A DNA stretch of 64,000 nucleotides from the NCBI GenBank assembly GCA_016180135.1, contig JACPBV010000015.1:2007-66006 (forward strand). Direction: 5' to 3'. The notes beneath the pieces were generated by a model. The model made no database searches. It saw nothing but the letters and a program-made list of their open reading frames with translations, and was not told where the DNA came from. The position numbers and the translations under genes are program-made. The stretch's first letter is position 1, and each line of letters starts with the position of its first letter. Shown here piece by piece: positions 53,101 to 60,231 of the stretch. This stretch comes from Candidatus Woesearchaeota archaeon (GTDB lineage Archaea; Nanobdellota; Nanobdellia; Woesearchaeales; JACPBV01).

Positions 53101-53276
53101 AGCTGCCTTCATCTTCAGCAAAAGTCCCTTCTTCGCCGGCATCATCCATCACGTTCAGGGACAGCCCGGAGTATCTTGCGCTCCTGGCTGGCGGATTCCT
53201 CGTGCTTCTCGTGGTCGGGCTCATCACCCTGATGGTTGCAGTCAAAGTCCTGAGAAAGAAAGGGCAGGTTAAGTGA
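47115..53276 (+). CDS. Giant surface glycoprotein/adhesin: lamin-tail domain, PKD, cadherin-like repeats, S-layer-like C-terminal module, TM anchor
   Basis: ILINEIMFNP...EWVELFN (LTD), WDFGDG (PKD), repeated PVNDAP / D.DGD.LTF, many N-x-S/T sequons. Confidence 0.85.
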   Translation: MKIKENLWIAAGIVSLLTSLLILAGAASAEILINEIMFNPTDAQGGEDTGEWVELFNNGEEAADLSGFRLCGSNLLAGYVERLNGSTEEANGFALESQSFAVITRGGTGTNVYSSMAVDPDSLAFHVSSALCTSGLSNTGETISIENATIPVEQVTYTNGIAAEGFTAERYNFLSQKFAQSEFVDGSPGFISSIFDESPPEGFIGTEKAVINESTTILFNASNSTDDAAIVNFTYSFGDGNITTSSQDTILHHFNRNGTFTIVLTVEDAAGNSNNTPISLTVNDLSPIAAFSASNATPKESQMITFSDISSSANDALTSRLWDFGDGTFNTSANSTRSYPVNGTFTVTLTVNDSDGSSSAVSRIVNVSFENDAPSITPFAVTFDEDGFNDAVDLDAQGTDEEDGSNLTWTAVPSTSNITAVIASGNILNVSGAKNFSGIGSISLTAKDSGNRNATAVINVTINPVNDAPAIQPVANLSITQDKKLVIQLSASDIDGDNLTFSITSTSPFGDLGTLNATSGLFEFTPNASFYRNFPITFTATDPSGLAADTAANIFVFSTLNISSVSIGISAPPTQLLREGQTVQNVPPASILNFSITIKNTGTQNITRLRTQIGTDDLDIDRPDEESTILFPGASQVFFFNIPLPSLIGEGIYTFVADTEGDDDTLSGDERSSDFSFQINITRSTHELLIEDMDFNVNPSKCLNASAVTVEISNIGDRDEVFDINITQPSLRLNFTDEDISLPFNTSAEVSVPFSAANVPSGNYSVEAQLKFNFGLQAKKANATLSIDNCEPALSAALPGITIDEGSSAALSLKDFFTDLNNDTLSFAKVGGQNLSIIILTNGTVTISSPTDFFGSSNVSFTASDSQNTTRSNNITVTVTPVNDAPAISAIPSQTVNQGSPFTFQVAASDVENDTLSFSIDVNDSVSLASLIISQSGLISGFTPSNADAGKVFLVNVTVNDSLNASKASFTLAVSNVNDAPQFNTSASIPDFTIAEDSSASLSLVPFFFDSDGDSLTFISASSNEHIRVSVNQTSGIAAITPDANFSGTGNISFGASDGTSSSNFSNTAVINVTPVNDAPSVQSITSPQRAIAGNVFFLAVNASDIDNDTLSFAANTTLFAVNANGTISFVPSFDDVGLSEAIAVNVSDGNASITKEFILEVINVLSISDEAVSFNNSAFAPIQDNEVIEGIIIGHNLKVRANVTNFLTSALNLGRMNATITDGQSGQSVFAKATVSLGTLPKQSSQTVTLDFGNLPSIPNGAYSLVLEARGENAFGTFEASREFIIAISSEAGQILLSSITAAPSEVACNRAFTLNASVRNSDGFGSSLNASVQASSQQLGLNSVSSFQEIAFGDAKVFSLPLAAPFAAAPGTYAFTIIANTSQGTEARGTQSIVVQPCALQFSPENDPVISHRAQQQFAIADLKDFPVSEILWQLDGINQSQSFNQESFTYLPDNRTGKNFHSIVVRAKDSSGNTLQKNWLLTAASFPIADTLQAAPQLSALNESQLASVNLTLTKANRGSVQFLEPVDLSNIVVLDGKVNFTATGIIAVDTSGSTVALNKPARITLTGLSYTAAPRIFFNNGFTTDPAAFTDDCTNIFCFIQNFTPAPTANGQITFNVTHFSSFFVNASQPQQAQPAPGSPSANAGSDQSVSAGTKVALDGSSSTDADGSISAFSWSQSSGPSVSINNATQAKANFIPAVDGTYIFSLAVTDNSGLTGSDSVTITVGKESRLRITDLDIKVGDKTSKDIKDGETISRKAQPGDKIVFDIEAGNAFASSSNTDIEDIEIEVTIKDADDGDDVDDTIDIEDLEPGDDDSGTVTLTLPTIIDEDTYDVEIIVDGDSDEGSQRDVFNLKLEVEKDKDELLIDRASASPAKVTCDRRPIISFRVVNIGSNDQDDARVVIESPELNILKVFDSLNLEEGDQEDDSALSESFTISIGSAIAPGSYPIKIRAYADNNKLVDDETVTLEVGSCAERQVTPVRESRKDVEVKKLPSSSAKVPSSPASSITFRDSPEYLALLAGGFLVLLVVGLITLMVAVKVLRKKGQVK

Positions 53277-53504
53277 TTTTGAAGGCCTTCCGTTGATTAG
53301 CTGGTTTATTGACTAAGTTATTGATTAGGTTATTGGCTGGTTTATTGGCTGTTTTTTTGTTTGATTTTTGCTGTTGCAGATTTTATCTGGAAGTTTTGAT
53401 GATTTTTGCTGCCTTCCTGATTTTTCCAAAAGTCATTTTTCCGGCAGGAACAGCAGAATATTTATAAAGTCCAGGCGTCATTGCATCATTTGGGGGATTG
53501 GTTG

Positions 53505-56500
53505 ATGGGCAAAGCTAACCATCTTATTGTCCGTTGTATATTTCTTCTTGGAGTAATGCTGCCGCTTTCATATGTAGTTCTTGGGTATGGCGGTGGTACC
53601 CCCGAAGAAGCCCCAGAAATAACCTTTGGGACTGACGAATGGGAATCATTTTACACTATGAACGAATACAACTGGTATCACACCCATACATCTGGATTGG
53701 GAAAATTAAAATTTGGGATAAAAGACATTGCCTCTGGAGATGACTTAGACATCTATGTTTATGACTGGGAAGCAGATGAACGCCTGTGTTACAGCGATAA
53801 GGGCGGCAATGCAAATGAGGAATGCATTGTTGATAAAGGTTCAAATAGCAACGATTGGGGATTTTATATTATGGTCTACCCCTTTGAAAAAAGCGGAGCA
53901 TATGCGACAGGAACAATATACACCCGCTGCGAAGATAAATGGCTTAATGAATACAGGTGCTCATCATCAACAAGGCAGAGAAAAAAGCAGAAGACTGACT
54001 GTAACACCGCATGGGAAGATTATGAAACATGCGCCAACGGCTGCAGCGGAGGAAGCTGCAATTCCTGCTCGAATGACTGCTCGACAAGTGGCGCAACACG
54101 ATGCAACGGGAACAACAAAGAAACATGCGGCAACTATGACGGCGATTCCTGCCTTGAATGGGGAAATTCGCAGAGCTGCAGCAGGGGATGCAGCAACAAT
54201 GTCTGCAACGATTGCACCCAGGATTCACATTGCGGCACCGACGGCTATATCTGCGACGGAAGCACCAAAAAATACCGTGACTATGCTTGCAGCAGCAATA
54301 AGTGCACCAGCTCAGACAGCAACAGCTACGACTGCAACAATGATGACGGGAATTATTGCAAAACCAGCACTGAAAGAGAATACAGAGATTATTCATGCTC
54401 AGGAGGATCCTGTTCCTACAGCTCTTCTAACGGAGAAAATTGTGTAAACGGCTGCAGCGGCGGAAGCTGCAATTCCTGCAAAAGCGATGGCTCATCCTGT
54501 TCATCCAACTCCCAATGCTGCTCAAGCCAATGCCCGGCCGGAACAGGGAGATGCTTCAACAAAAACACATGCAGCTCTTCCCAGTGTGTAAGCGATTATT
54601 GGGGCTCATGCACCGATTCTGGCGGGCTCTGCTGCTCTGGCGACTCAACTCCCGAGCAATGGTATTGCAGATCTGACAGGAATTGGGCTGAATGCACTTC
54701 AAATAACCATAATGCATGCAGCAAGGAGGGAAACTTTTACTGCACCAAAGAAGGGAGCGCATGGAAATGGAGGACCTGCCCGGATGGCTGCAACAGCACA
54801 TTAGAGAATTGCAATCCCTACATCACCTTATACCAGGCAGAGGATGTTTCCGTCGCCGATGAACAGGTCAAAGTCAATTCCTACATAAAAAATACCGGCG
54901 GCTCAATGACTTCGGAATGGCTCATTGAGCTTCAGCCAAGAAAAGTTTCTGACCTGCTATCCTACGAAAGCCCCCAAAAGGCATGCGACAGCTCGAGGCC
55001 GGATAATGTCCATAAGACTTACAAGCTTAACAGAGATGAAGCCCTTACCCTTGACCTTGCCTCAACTGTCCCTAATGCAAAATACGATATAGTTATGGCC
55101 AGCACTGACGGATGCTGCATCGGAAAGGACTGCACTGCAACTGCCCCTTACTCATGGAATACCAAGCTTGCGACAAAAGATGTCTGTTATGATAAATCGG
55201 ACAGATGCGATAACTGCACTAAAAAGGGGATTGATCAGGCCTGCGACATTGAAAATGGCCAGCCTTGTGACGGTGAATGTGATCCTCCCGTTGGAGTTTA
55301 TTGCGCCGGCGGAACAAAAAAATGCTGGAACTCAAAAAAATGCGCATCGAACCAGTGCGAGAGCTATTGGTGGGCAGAGTGCGCCACTGAAGGGGAGCCC
55401 TGCTGCGATGGCGCCCCCATAGCAGGACAGCACATCTGCAAATCCGAGGCAGGGAATGTTTTTGTTGACTGCACAGAATCCAAGCATACTGCATGCGAAC
55501 AGGTCGGGAATTATTACTGCACAGGCGATGGAAACGTCTGGAGGTGGAGGAATTGCGCAAAGGGCTGCAATGGGGCGACGGGCAAATGCGCTCCGGAGAT
55601 AGTTGAGGCGCAGGCAGCAGATGTTTCGGTTGCCGGCGATAAGATCAAGGTTAAGTCCTACCTCAGGAACGACGGCGGCGATATGAATGAAGAATGGCTT
55701 ATTGAGTTCCAGCCAAAAAAAACTGCCGATATCCAGTATGTGGATACCTCTCAGGAAACGTGCGATCCCAACACCCCAAAAAATGTCCACAAGGACTACA
55801 AGCTCAGCAGCGGTGAAACTGCCACAGTCGAGCTTGAATCTCAGGTTGAGAACGGGGTTTATGACATCAGGATGGTGGCATATGACCAGTGCTGTGTCGG
55901 CCCGACCGGAAACAGCAACTGTCAGGAAACAACCCCATATTATGACACTGACGCAACAAGCATCATCAAAAGAGATGTCAATGTCTGTGTGGATAGGCTT
56001 GGAATCTGTGATGACTGCCTGAATAGGGATCCTGGCCAGAGCTGCGATGTCGCAAATGGCGCCGGCTGCCACAGGGAATGCAAAGATAATCTTGAATGCT
56101 CCGGCGGAATCAAAAAATGCTGGGACCCGAAAAACTGCAACACAAACCAATGCACAAGCTTCTGGTGGGGTGAATGCTATGATCAGGGCGAGCTTTGCTG
56201 CGGTAATGACCCCGTCCCTGCGCAGAATTTCTGCAATGCGACAAAAAAGTTTTCCTACTGCACCGACAGCATCCATACTCCCTGCGATAAGAAGGACAGT
56301 TACTTCTGCTCCCTTGAGGATGGAAAATGGGCGTGGAGAGCCTGCGGATTTGGGTGCGATAGTGCAACAGGTGCATGCAAACCGAACATAATTGAATATC
56401 AGGCAGCTGAAGTTGCTGTTGACCAGAATAAGATTACCGCAAAGTCCCACCTGAAAAACACAGGTGCGCCGATGCAGTCTGACTGGCTTGTTGAGCTGGA

Positions 56501-59500
56501 GCCGGTTCCGGTCTCAGGCACTGCAAGCATCCAGTCAATCGGCCCGCAGGAAACATGCGACTCTTCCAAGCCAGAAAATGTCCATCGTGATTACCGGCTG
56601 AAAAGAGACGAGGCTGGAACCATTTCGCTCTCTTCAACAATAAAAAAGAAGGGAAAATACTATGTAAAGCTTCTCAGCACCGATTCCTGCTGCGTCGGCC
56701 CGACGGGAAACCCGGACTGCAAAGATACTCAGCCCTACGGCTGGGAAGAGATTATTGGGCAGGTGGAAATTCTCTGTGACGGGAACGGCAGATGCGATGG
56801 GAAGGAGAATGCAATCACCTGCAGCATGGACTGCCCTGTATGCAAAAAAGACGGAAGGTGCGACGCTGATTACGGGGAAACACCGCAGAACTGCAGGACA
56901 GACTGCCCCTGCGATTTTGACAGCGTTTGTGAGCTGAATTCCGGCGAAGACCAGTATAACTGCCCATCCGACTGCTCAATCAGATGCCCATTCCCAGACG
57001 GAAGCTCGGACACCTGTGAATGCGACAGCGATATTGACTGCGCTTCAAGGGAAGATTATTACTGCAACCAGGTATCGGGAAATGACCCATGCATAAAGAG
57101 GCAGTTTACAGACGAATGCTCCAACTATAATGATTATTTCTGCGATGGAGGAGATGTGTATAAGTGCGAAAGCGACGGAAAATCCTACAAAAAGAACCGT
57201 AAAGACCCATGCGGAACGAACCAATACTGCGATGAAAGCATCGTCGATGGGACAGGAAAATGCTCTGTATATCCGGAGCACCTTGATGTTTGGGTGGATG
57301 ATGCTGGCGTCGGCGTTGCGGTAAACAAGCAGGTGGGAGACAAGTTCACGGTAAGTATCTTTGCAGAAAAAGGCGCAACGCTCTCATTAAGCTATGATGA
57401 GTCAGCGATGGCAAGCCCCTGCAGCAAAGGCTCAAAGTCATTTTCTCCCGGAACAACCTCCTGTGTCTTTACCATAGGGGCCGATGCTGATGAAAGGCTT
57501 TATGCGGTCTCGATAGGGGGCGAGGTTGCCTACATTAACATTATTGGCAGCCCTGAATATCTTATCGTTACAGACAGCGAGAAGCTCAGGGAAAGGTTTC
57601 CCCATGAAGAGCGTGGCGTAAAGGCAGTCTTAAGCCAGGCATATCAGAATGTGAAGGACAATGGGATAGTATATGACTTAAGCAAATACAAAGGCGAGAT
57701 TGAGGTAGCCCATCCCTTTGGAAGCCTCGCAAGCTATGGTGAAACAATCACCCTGCCCTCCATGAGGAATAATGATTATGCATCTTCTGTCGCAGCCTTT
57801 ATCAAGCAAAGGTGCGGGGACTGCAGCCAAATTTCAATCTTGGGGGATGACTTTGTGGTGCCCCATTACAGGAGAGACATCCCTACATGGGAGAAAAAGT
57901 TCATTTTCTGGGATGACATTGGCACGGACCATATGTATACTGATATTCCCTATTCAAAATCCACCCTATTGAAATTTTCCAGCTATTATGAGATGTTTAA
58001 GATAGACGGGAAATACCAGGGAAAGGATGTCCTGCTGATTCTCCCTGACAACATAAACCAGACAACAAAAGACCAGGTAGAGAGGGTAAAGAAGGCTTTG
58101 GCTGATAAAGATTACAAGCCAAGGTTTCAGACCATAAGCGGCAAAGACTCTTACTGTGTTGATGAGCGCTGGTTCTCAAGCGTAAGGGGCAAAACCCTGA
58201 TCATTATCGGAACTGAAGAAAACAACAATGCCTTTAATTGCATGCCGTTTGTTTCTGGCGAAGATAAGCGGGATGCTATATTTATCCAGCCAAATGTCTG
58301 GGACAATAATGAATATGCTATTGTCATTAACACCGATGATGAAACGATCATTACTGCATTTGCGAAGATGATTGAGAGCAGGGCAATTGAGAACCTTTCG
58401 AGCTATGAGGCTTACCTCTTTCACGTCGGTGTTGAGGTTGCAAGTTATGTCGCCCTTGGGGTGGGAGTTGGCGCGATGATTGTCTTCTCTGGAGGCACAG
58501 CTGCTCCAGCAGCGTTTCTGATTGCTGCCGCTGCCCTCGACACCATTGCAGATGCTGGAGATGTTACAGATACTTGCATAATAAATCGTGAGGGATTCTT
58601 ATGGTGCGGTGGAACACTCCTTCTGACCGCTATTCCCTATGTGCCTTCGAGGCCGGTGAAAAAAATAATGAGGAGGCTTGGCGATACCCAGGTTAATAAG
58701 GGCATTTTTAATATGTTTGAAGATGTTGATGACTTGATTACTGCTTATTTTAGAAAACTTCGGAAATCCCCTTATATCGGGGAAGGTGCATTCGAGAGAG
58801 CGACTTCGAAATCAGTCAACGATAACATTTTTATTGCAAAGGGATCAAAAAAGTACTTTATCAATCTTAACTCGCAAAGTGAGATGGATAATCTTCTCAG
58901 AAGGATAAAGTTTTCACCAGAGCAACGGGTTGAATTCCTAAGAAGATTAGGGAAGTTGGTAGACGGTTTTTCTCTTAGGGAAGACAGTATTAAAAGGATA
59001 GTCTTCCTTCCAAGATCACTTTCTCCTTTCGATGGAAATTTATTCAAACAGGGAGTATATAATGTAAAAACTAAATTTTTACACATAGTCGATGATATTT
59101 CACCTTCGATGGCAATATCCCACGTATTACCTCATGAGTTTAGCCATGCTTTTATTTTTGAAAAGCTAGAAAAACAATTTGCCGAATTTATTGACTTTAC
59201 CAGAGTTAGTAATCCAGAAAGGGCGATTCATGAATTCGATGAATATATAACCGAGATTACAGCTAAATCTTTCGACCCGGACTACATAGCTTACGCCCAA
59301 ACGGCTGTCTCGCCTTCCAAATTTTTGGATTTCCTAGATACTCATGCGGTGTCTGGTTTTCTAACACAGAAAAATCCTGATTGGATTTCCCGGCAACTTG
59401 CAGTGGTTAGGTCGATAGTCCCATCCAATACTTATGATGAAATCGTCTTAGCATTTAAAAAGAGCGATTATAAGGATTATTTAGATGTTGAAAAGATATC

Positions 59501-59606
59501 TGAACTTGCTGGAGAATTCCATAATGCGAGGGGGGTTTTGGACCTTCCTGAAAGGGAGAATATAATGACGGCTATAGCAGTTAAAACAGAAGGGCTTTTA
59601 GGGTAA
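53505..59606 (+). CDS. Large secreted Cys-rich protein with C25-like half-domain and C-terminal HEXXH zincin: candidate polymorphic toxin
   Basis: Signal peptide, PPC-like DLDIYVYD domain, Cys-rich repeats, ILGDDFVVP..TDIPY, hydrophobic pre-toxin-like hairpin, HEFSH (59133-59147). Confidence 0.75.
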   Translation: MGKANHLIVRCIFLLGVMLPLSYVVLGYGGGTPEEAPEITFGTDEWESFYTMNEYNWYHTHTSGLGKLKFGIKDIASGDDLDIYVYDWEADERLCYSDKGGNANEECIVDKGSNSNDWGFYIMVYPFEKSGAYATGTIYTRCEDKWLNEYRCSSSTRQRKKQKTDCNTAWEDYETCANGCSGGSCNSCSNDCSTSGATRCNGNNKETCGNYDGDSCLEWGNSQSCSRGCSNNVCNDCTQDSHCGTDGYICDGSTKKYRDYACSSNKCTSSDSNSYDCNNDDGNYCKTSTEREYRDYSCSGGSCSYSSSNGENCVNGCSGGSCNSCKSDGSSCSSNSQCCSSQCPAGTGRCFNKNTCSSSQCVSDYWGSCTDSGGLCCSGDSTPEQWYCRSDRNWAECTSNNHNACSKEGNFYCTKEGSAWKWRTCPDGCNSTLENCNPYITLYQAEDVSVADEQVKVNSYIKNTGGSMTSEWLIELQPRKVSDLLSYESPQKACDSSRPDNVHKTYKLNRDEALTLDLASTVPNAKYDIVMASTDGCCIGKDCTATAPYSWNTKLATKDVCYDKSDRCDNCTKKGIDQACDIENGQPCDGECDPPVGVYCAGGTKKCWNSKKCASNQCESYWWAECATEGEPCCDGAPIAGQHICKSEAGNVFVDCTESKHTACEQVGNYYCTGDGNVWRWRNCAKGCNGATGKCAPEIVEAQAADVSVAGDKIKVKSYLRNDGGDMNEEWLIEFQPKKTADIQYVDTSQETCDPNTPKNVHKDYKLSSGETATVELESQVENGVYDIRMVAYDQCCVGPTGNSNCQETTPYYDTDATSIIKRDVNVCVDRLGICDDCLNRDPGQSCDVANGAGCHRECKDNLECSGGIKKCWDPKNCNTNQCTSFWWGECYDQGELCCGNDPVPAQNFCNATKKFSYCTDSIHTPCDKKDSYFCSLEDGKWAWRACGFGCDSATGACKPNIIEYQAAEVAVDQNKITAKSHLKNTGAPMQSDWLVELEPVPVSGTASIQSIGPQETCDSSKPENVHRDYRLKRDEAGTISLSSTIKKKGKYYVKLLSTDSCCVGPTGNPDCKDTQPYGWEEIIGQVEILCDGNGRCDGKENAITCSMDCPVCKKDGRCDADYGETPQNCRTDCPCDFDSVCELNSGEDQYNCPSDCSIRCPFPDGSSDTCECDSDIDCASREDYYCNQVSGNDPCIKRQFTDECSNYNDYFCDGGDVYKCESDGKSYKKNRKDPCGTNQYCDESIVDGTGKCSVYPEHLDVWVDDAGVGVAVNKQVGDKFTVSIFAEKGATLSLSYDESAMASPCSKGSKSFSPGTTSCVFTIGADADERLYAVSIGGEVAYINIIGSPEYLIVTDSEKLRERFPHEERGVKAVLSQAYQNVKDNGIVYDLSKYKGEIEVAHPFGSLASYGETITLPSMRNNDYASSVAAFIKQRCGDCSQISILGDDFVVPHYRRDIPTWEKKFIFWDDIGTDHMYTDIPYSKSTLLKFSSYYEMFKIDGKYQGKDVLLILPDNINQTTKDQVERVKKALADKDYKPRFQTISGKDSYCVDERWFSSVRGKTLIIIGTEENNNAFNCMPFVSGEDKRDAIFIQPNVWDNNEYAIVINTDDETIITAFAKMIESRAIENLSSYEAYLFHVGVEVASYVALGVGVGAMIVFSGGTAAPAAFLIAAAALDTIADAGDVTDTCIINREGFLWCGGTLLLTAIPYVPSRPVKKIMRRLGDTQVNKGIFNMFEDVDDLITAYFRKLRKSPYIGEGAFERATSKSVNDNIFIAKGSKKYFINLNSQSEMDNLLRRIKFSPEQRVEFLRRLGKLVDGFSLREDSIKRIVFLPRSLSPFDGNLFKQGVYNVKTKFLHIVDDISPSMAISHVLPHEFSHAFIFEKLEKQFAEFIDFTRVSNPERAIHEFDEYITEITAKSFDPDYIAYAQTAVSPSKFLDFLDTHAVSGFLTQKNPDWISRQLAVVRSIVPSNTYDEIVLAFKKSDYKDYLDVEKISELAGEFHNARGVLDLPERENIMTAIAVKTEGLLG

Positions 59607-59610
59607 ACCA

Positions 59611-60231
59611 ATGAACAACCAAAAAATTATCTACCTATATATTGCAAAACATCTTATCATAGACAAAGCATATCTTTTGAACGTCAGAAATTTGATTAAG
59701 AACTATAGGTGTTCTTTGGAGTTCAGGAGGGATAAAATGCTGCATCATAATAAGGAGCATCTCAATAAGCAGAATGCTCTTCTTGACCAAGTTCCCATGT
59801 TTAAGAAAATTTGTGAGAGTGCTCGAAATAAGGTTCAGGAAGGAAAGATTATCTTTACGGGAAGAGAAAATTATTTCCAGGTTATTTCCATAATCTATGA
59901 ATTGGTTGCATATTGCATCGAGAAATATGGCAATCTTCCACTGATTGACATGCTCATAAATAGCTTAGACGATTTCGGAATCAACGATATCACAATGGGT
60001 CGCGGTCTTTTCCGAAATAGGGAAGATTATTCAAAGAGTTTTCTCGATAATACCTATTTCATGTGGTGTTTTCCATACCTCCATGTTCTCCATCAACTCG
60101 AGCCGGATAAACCAATTTGCGGCCAGGACAAGAAAAAAATCGGTCACCTCTATAATGATTTTTTTATAAAAATGAACAATCCAAAACTTGAAAGCCTTAT
60201 GGATGGCTTATTAAAAGTTTGGACAAAATAA
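59611..60231 (+). CDS. AT-rich orphan protein, candidate immunity protein
   Basis: Starts 4 nt after the toxin stop; no signal peptide; base composition matches the toxin tip. Confidence 0.55.
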   Translation: MNNQKIIYLYIAKHLIIDKAYLLNVRNLIKNYRCSLEFRRDKMLHHNKEHLNKQNALLDQVPMFKKICESARNKVQEGKIIFTGRENYFQVISIIYELVAYCIEKYGNLPLIDMLINSLDDFGINDITMGRGLFRNREDYSKSFLDNTYFMWCFPYLHVLHQLEPDKPICGQDKKKIGHLYNDFFIKMNNPKLESLMDGLLKVWTK

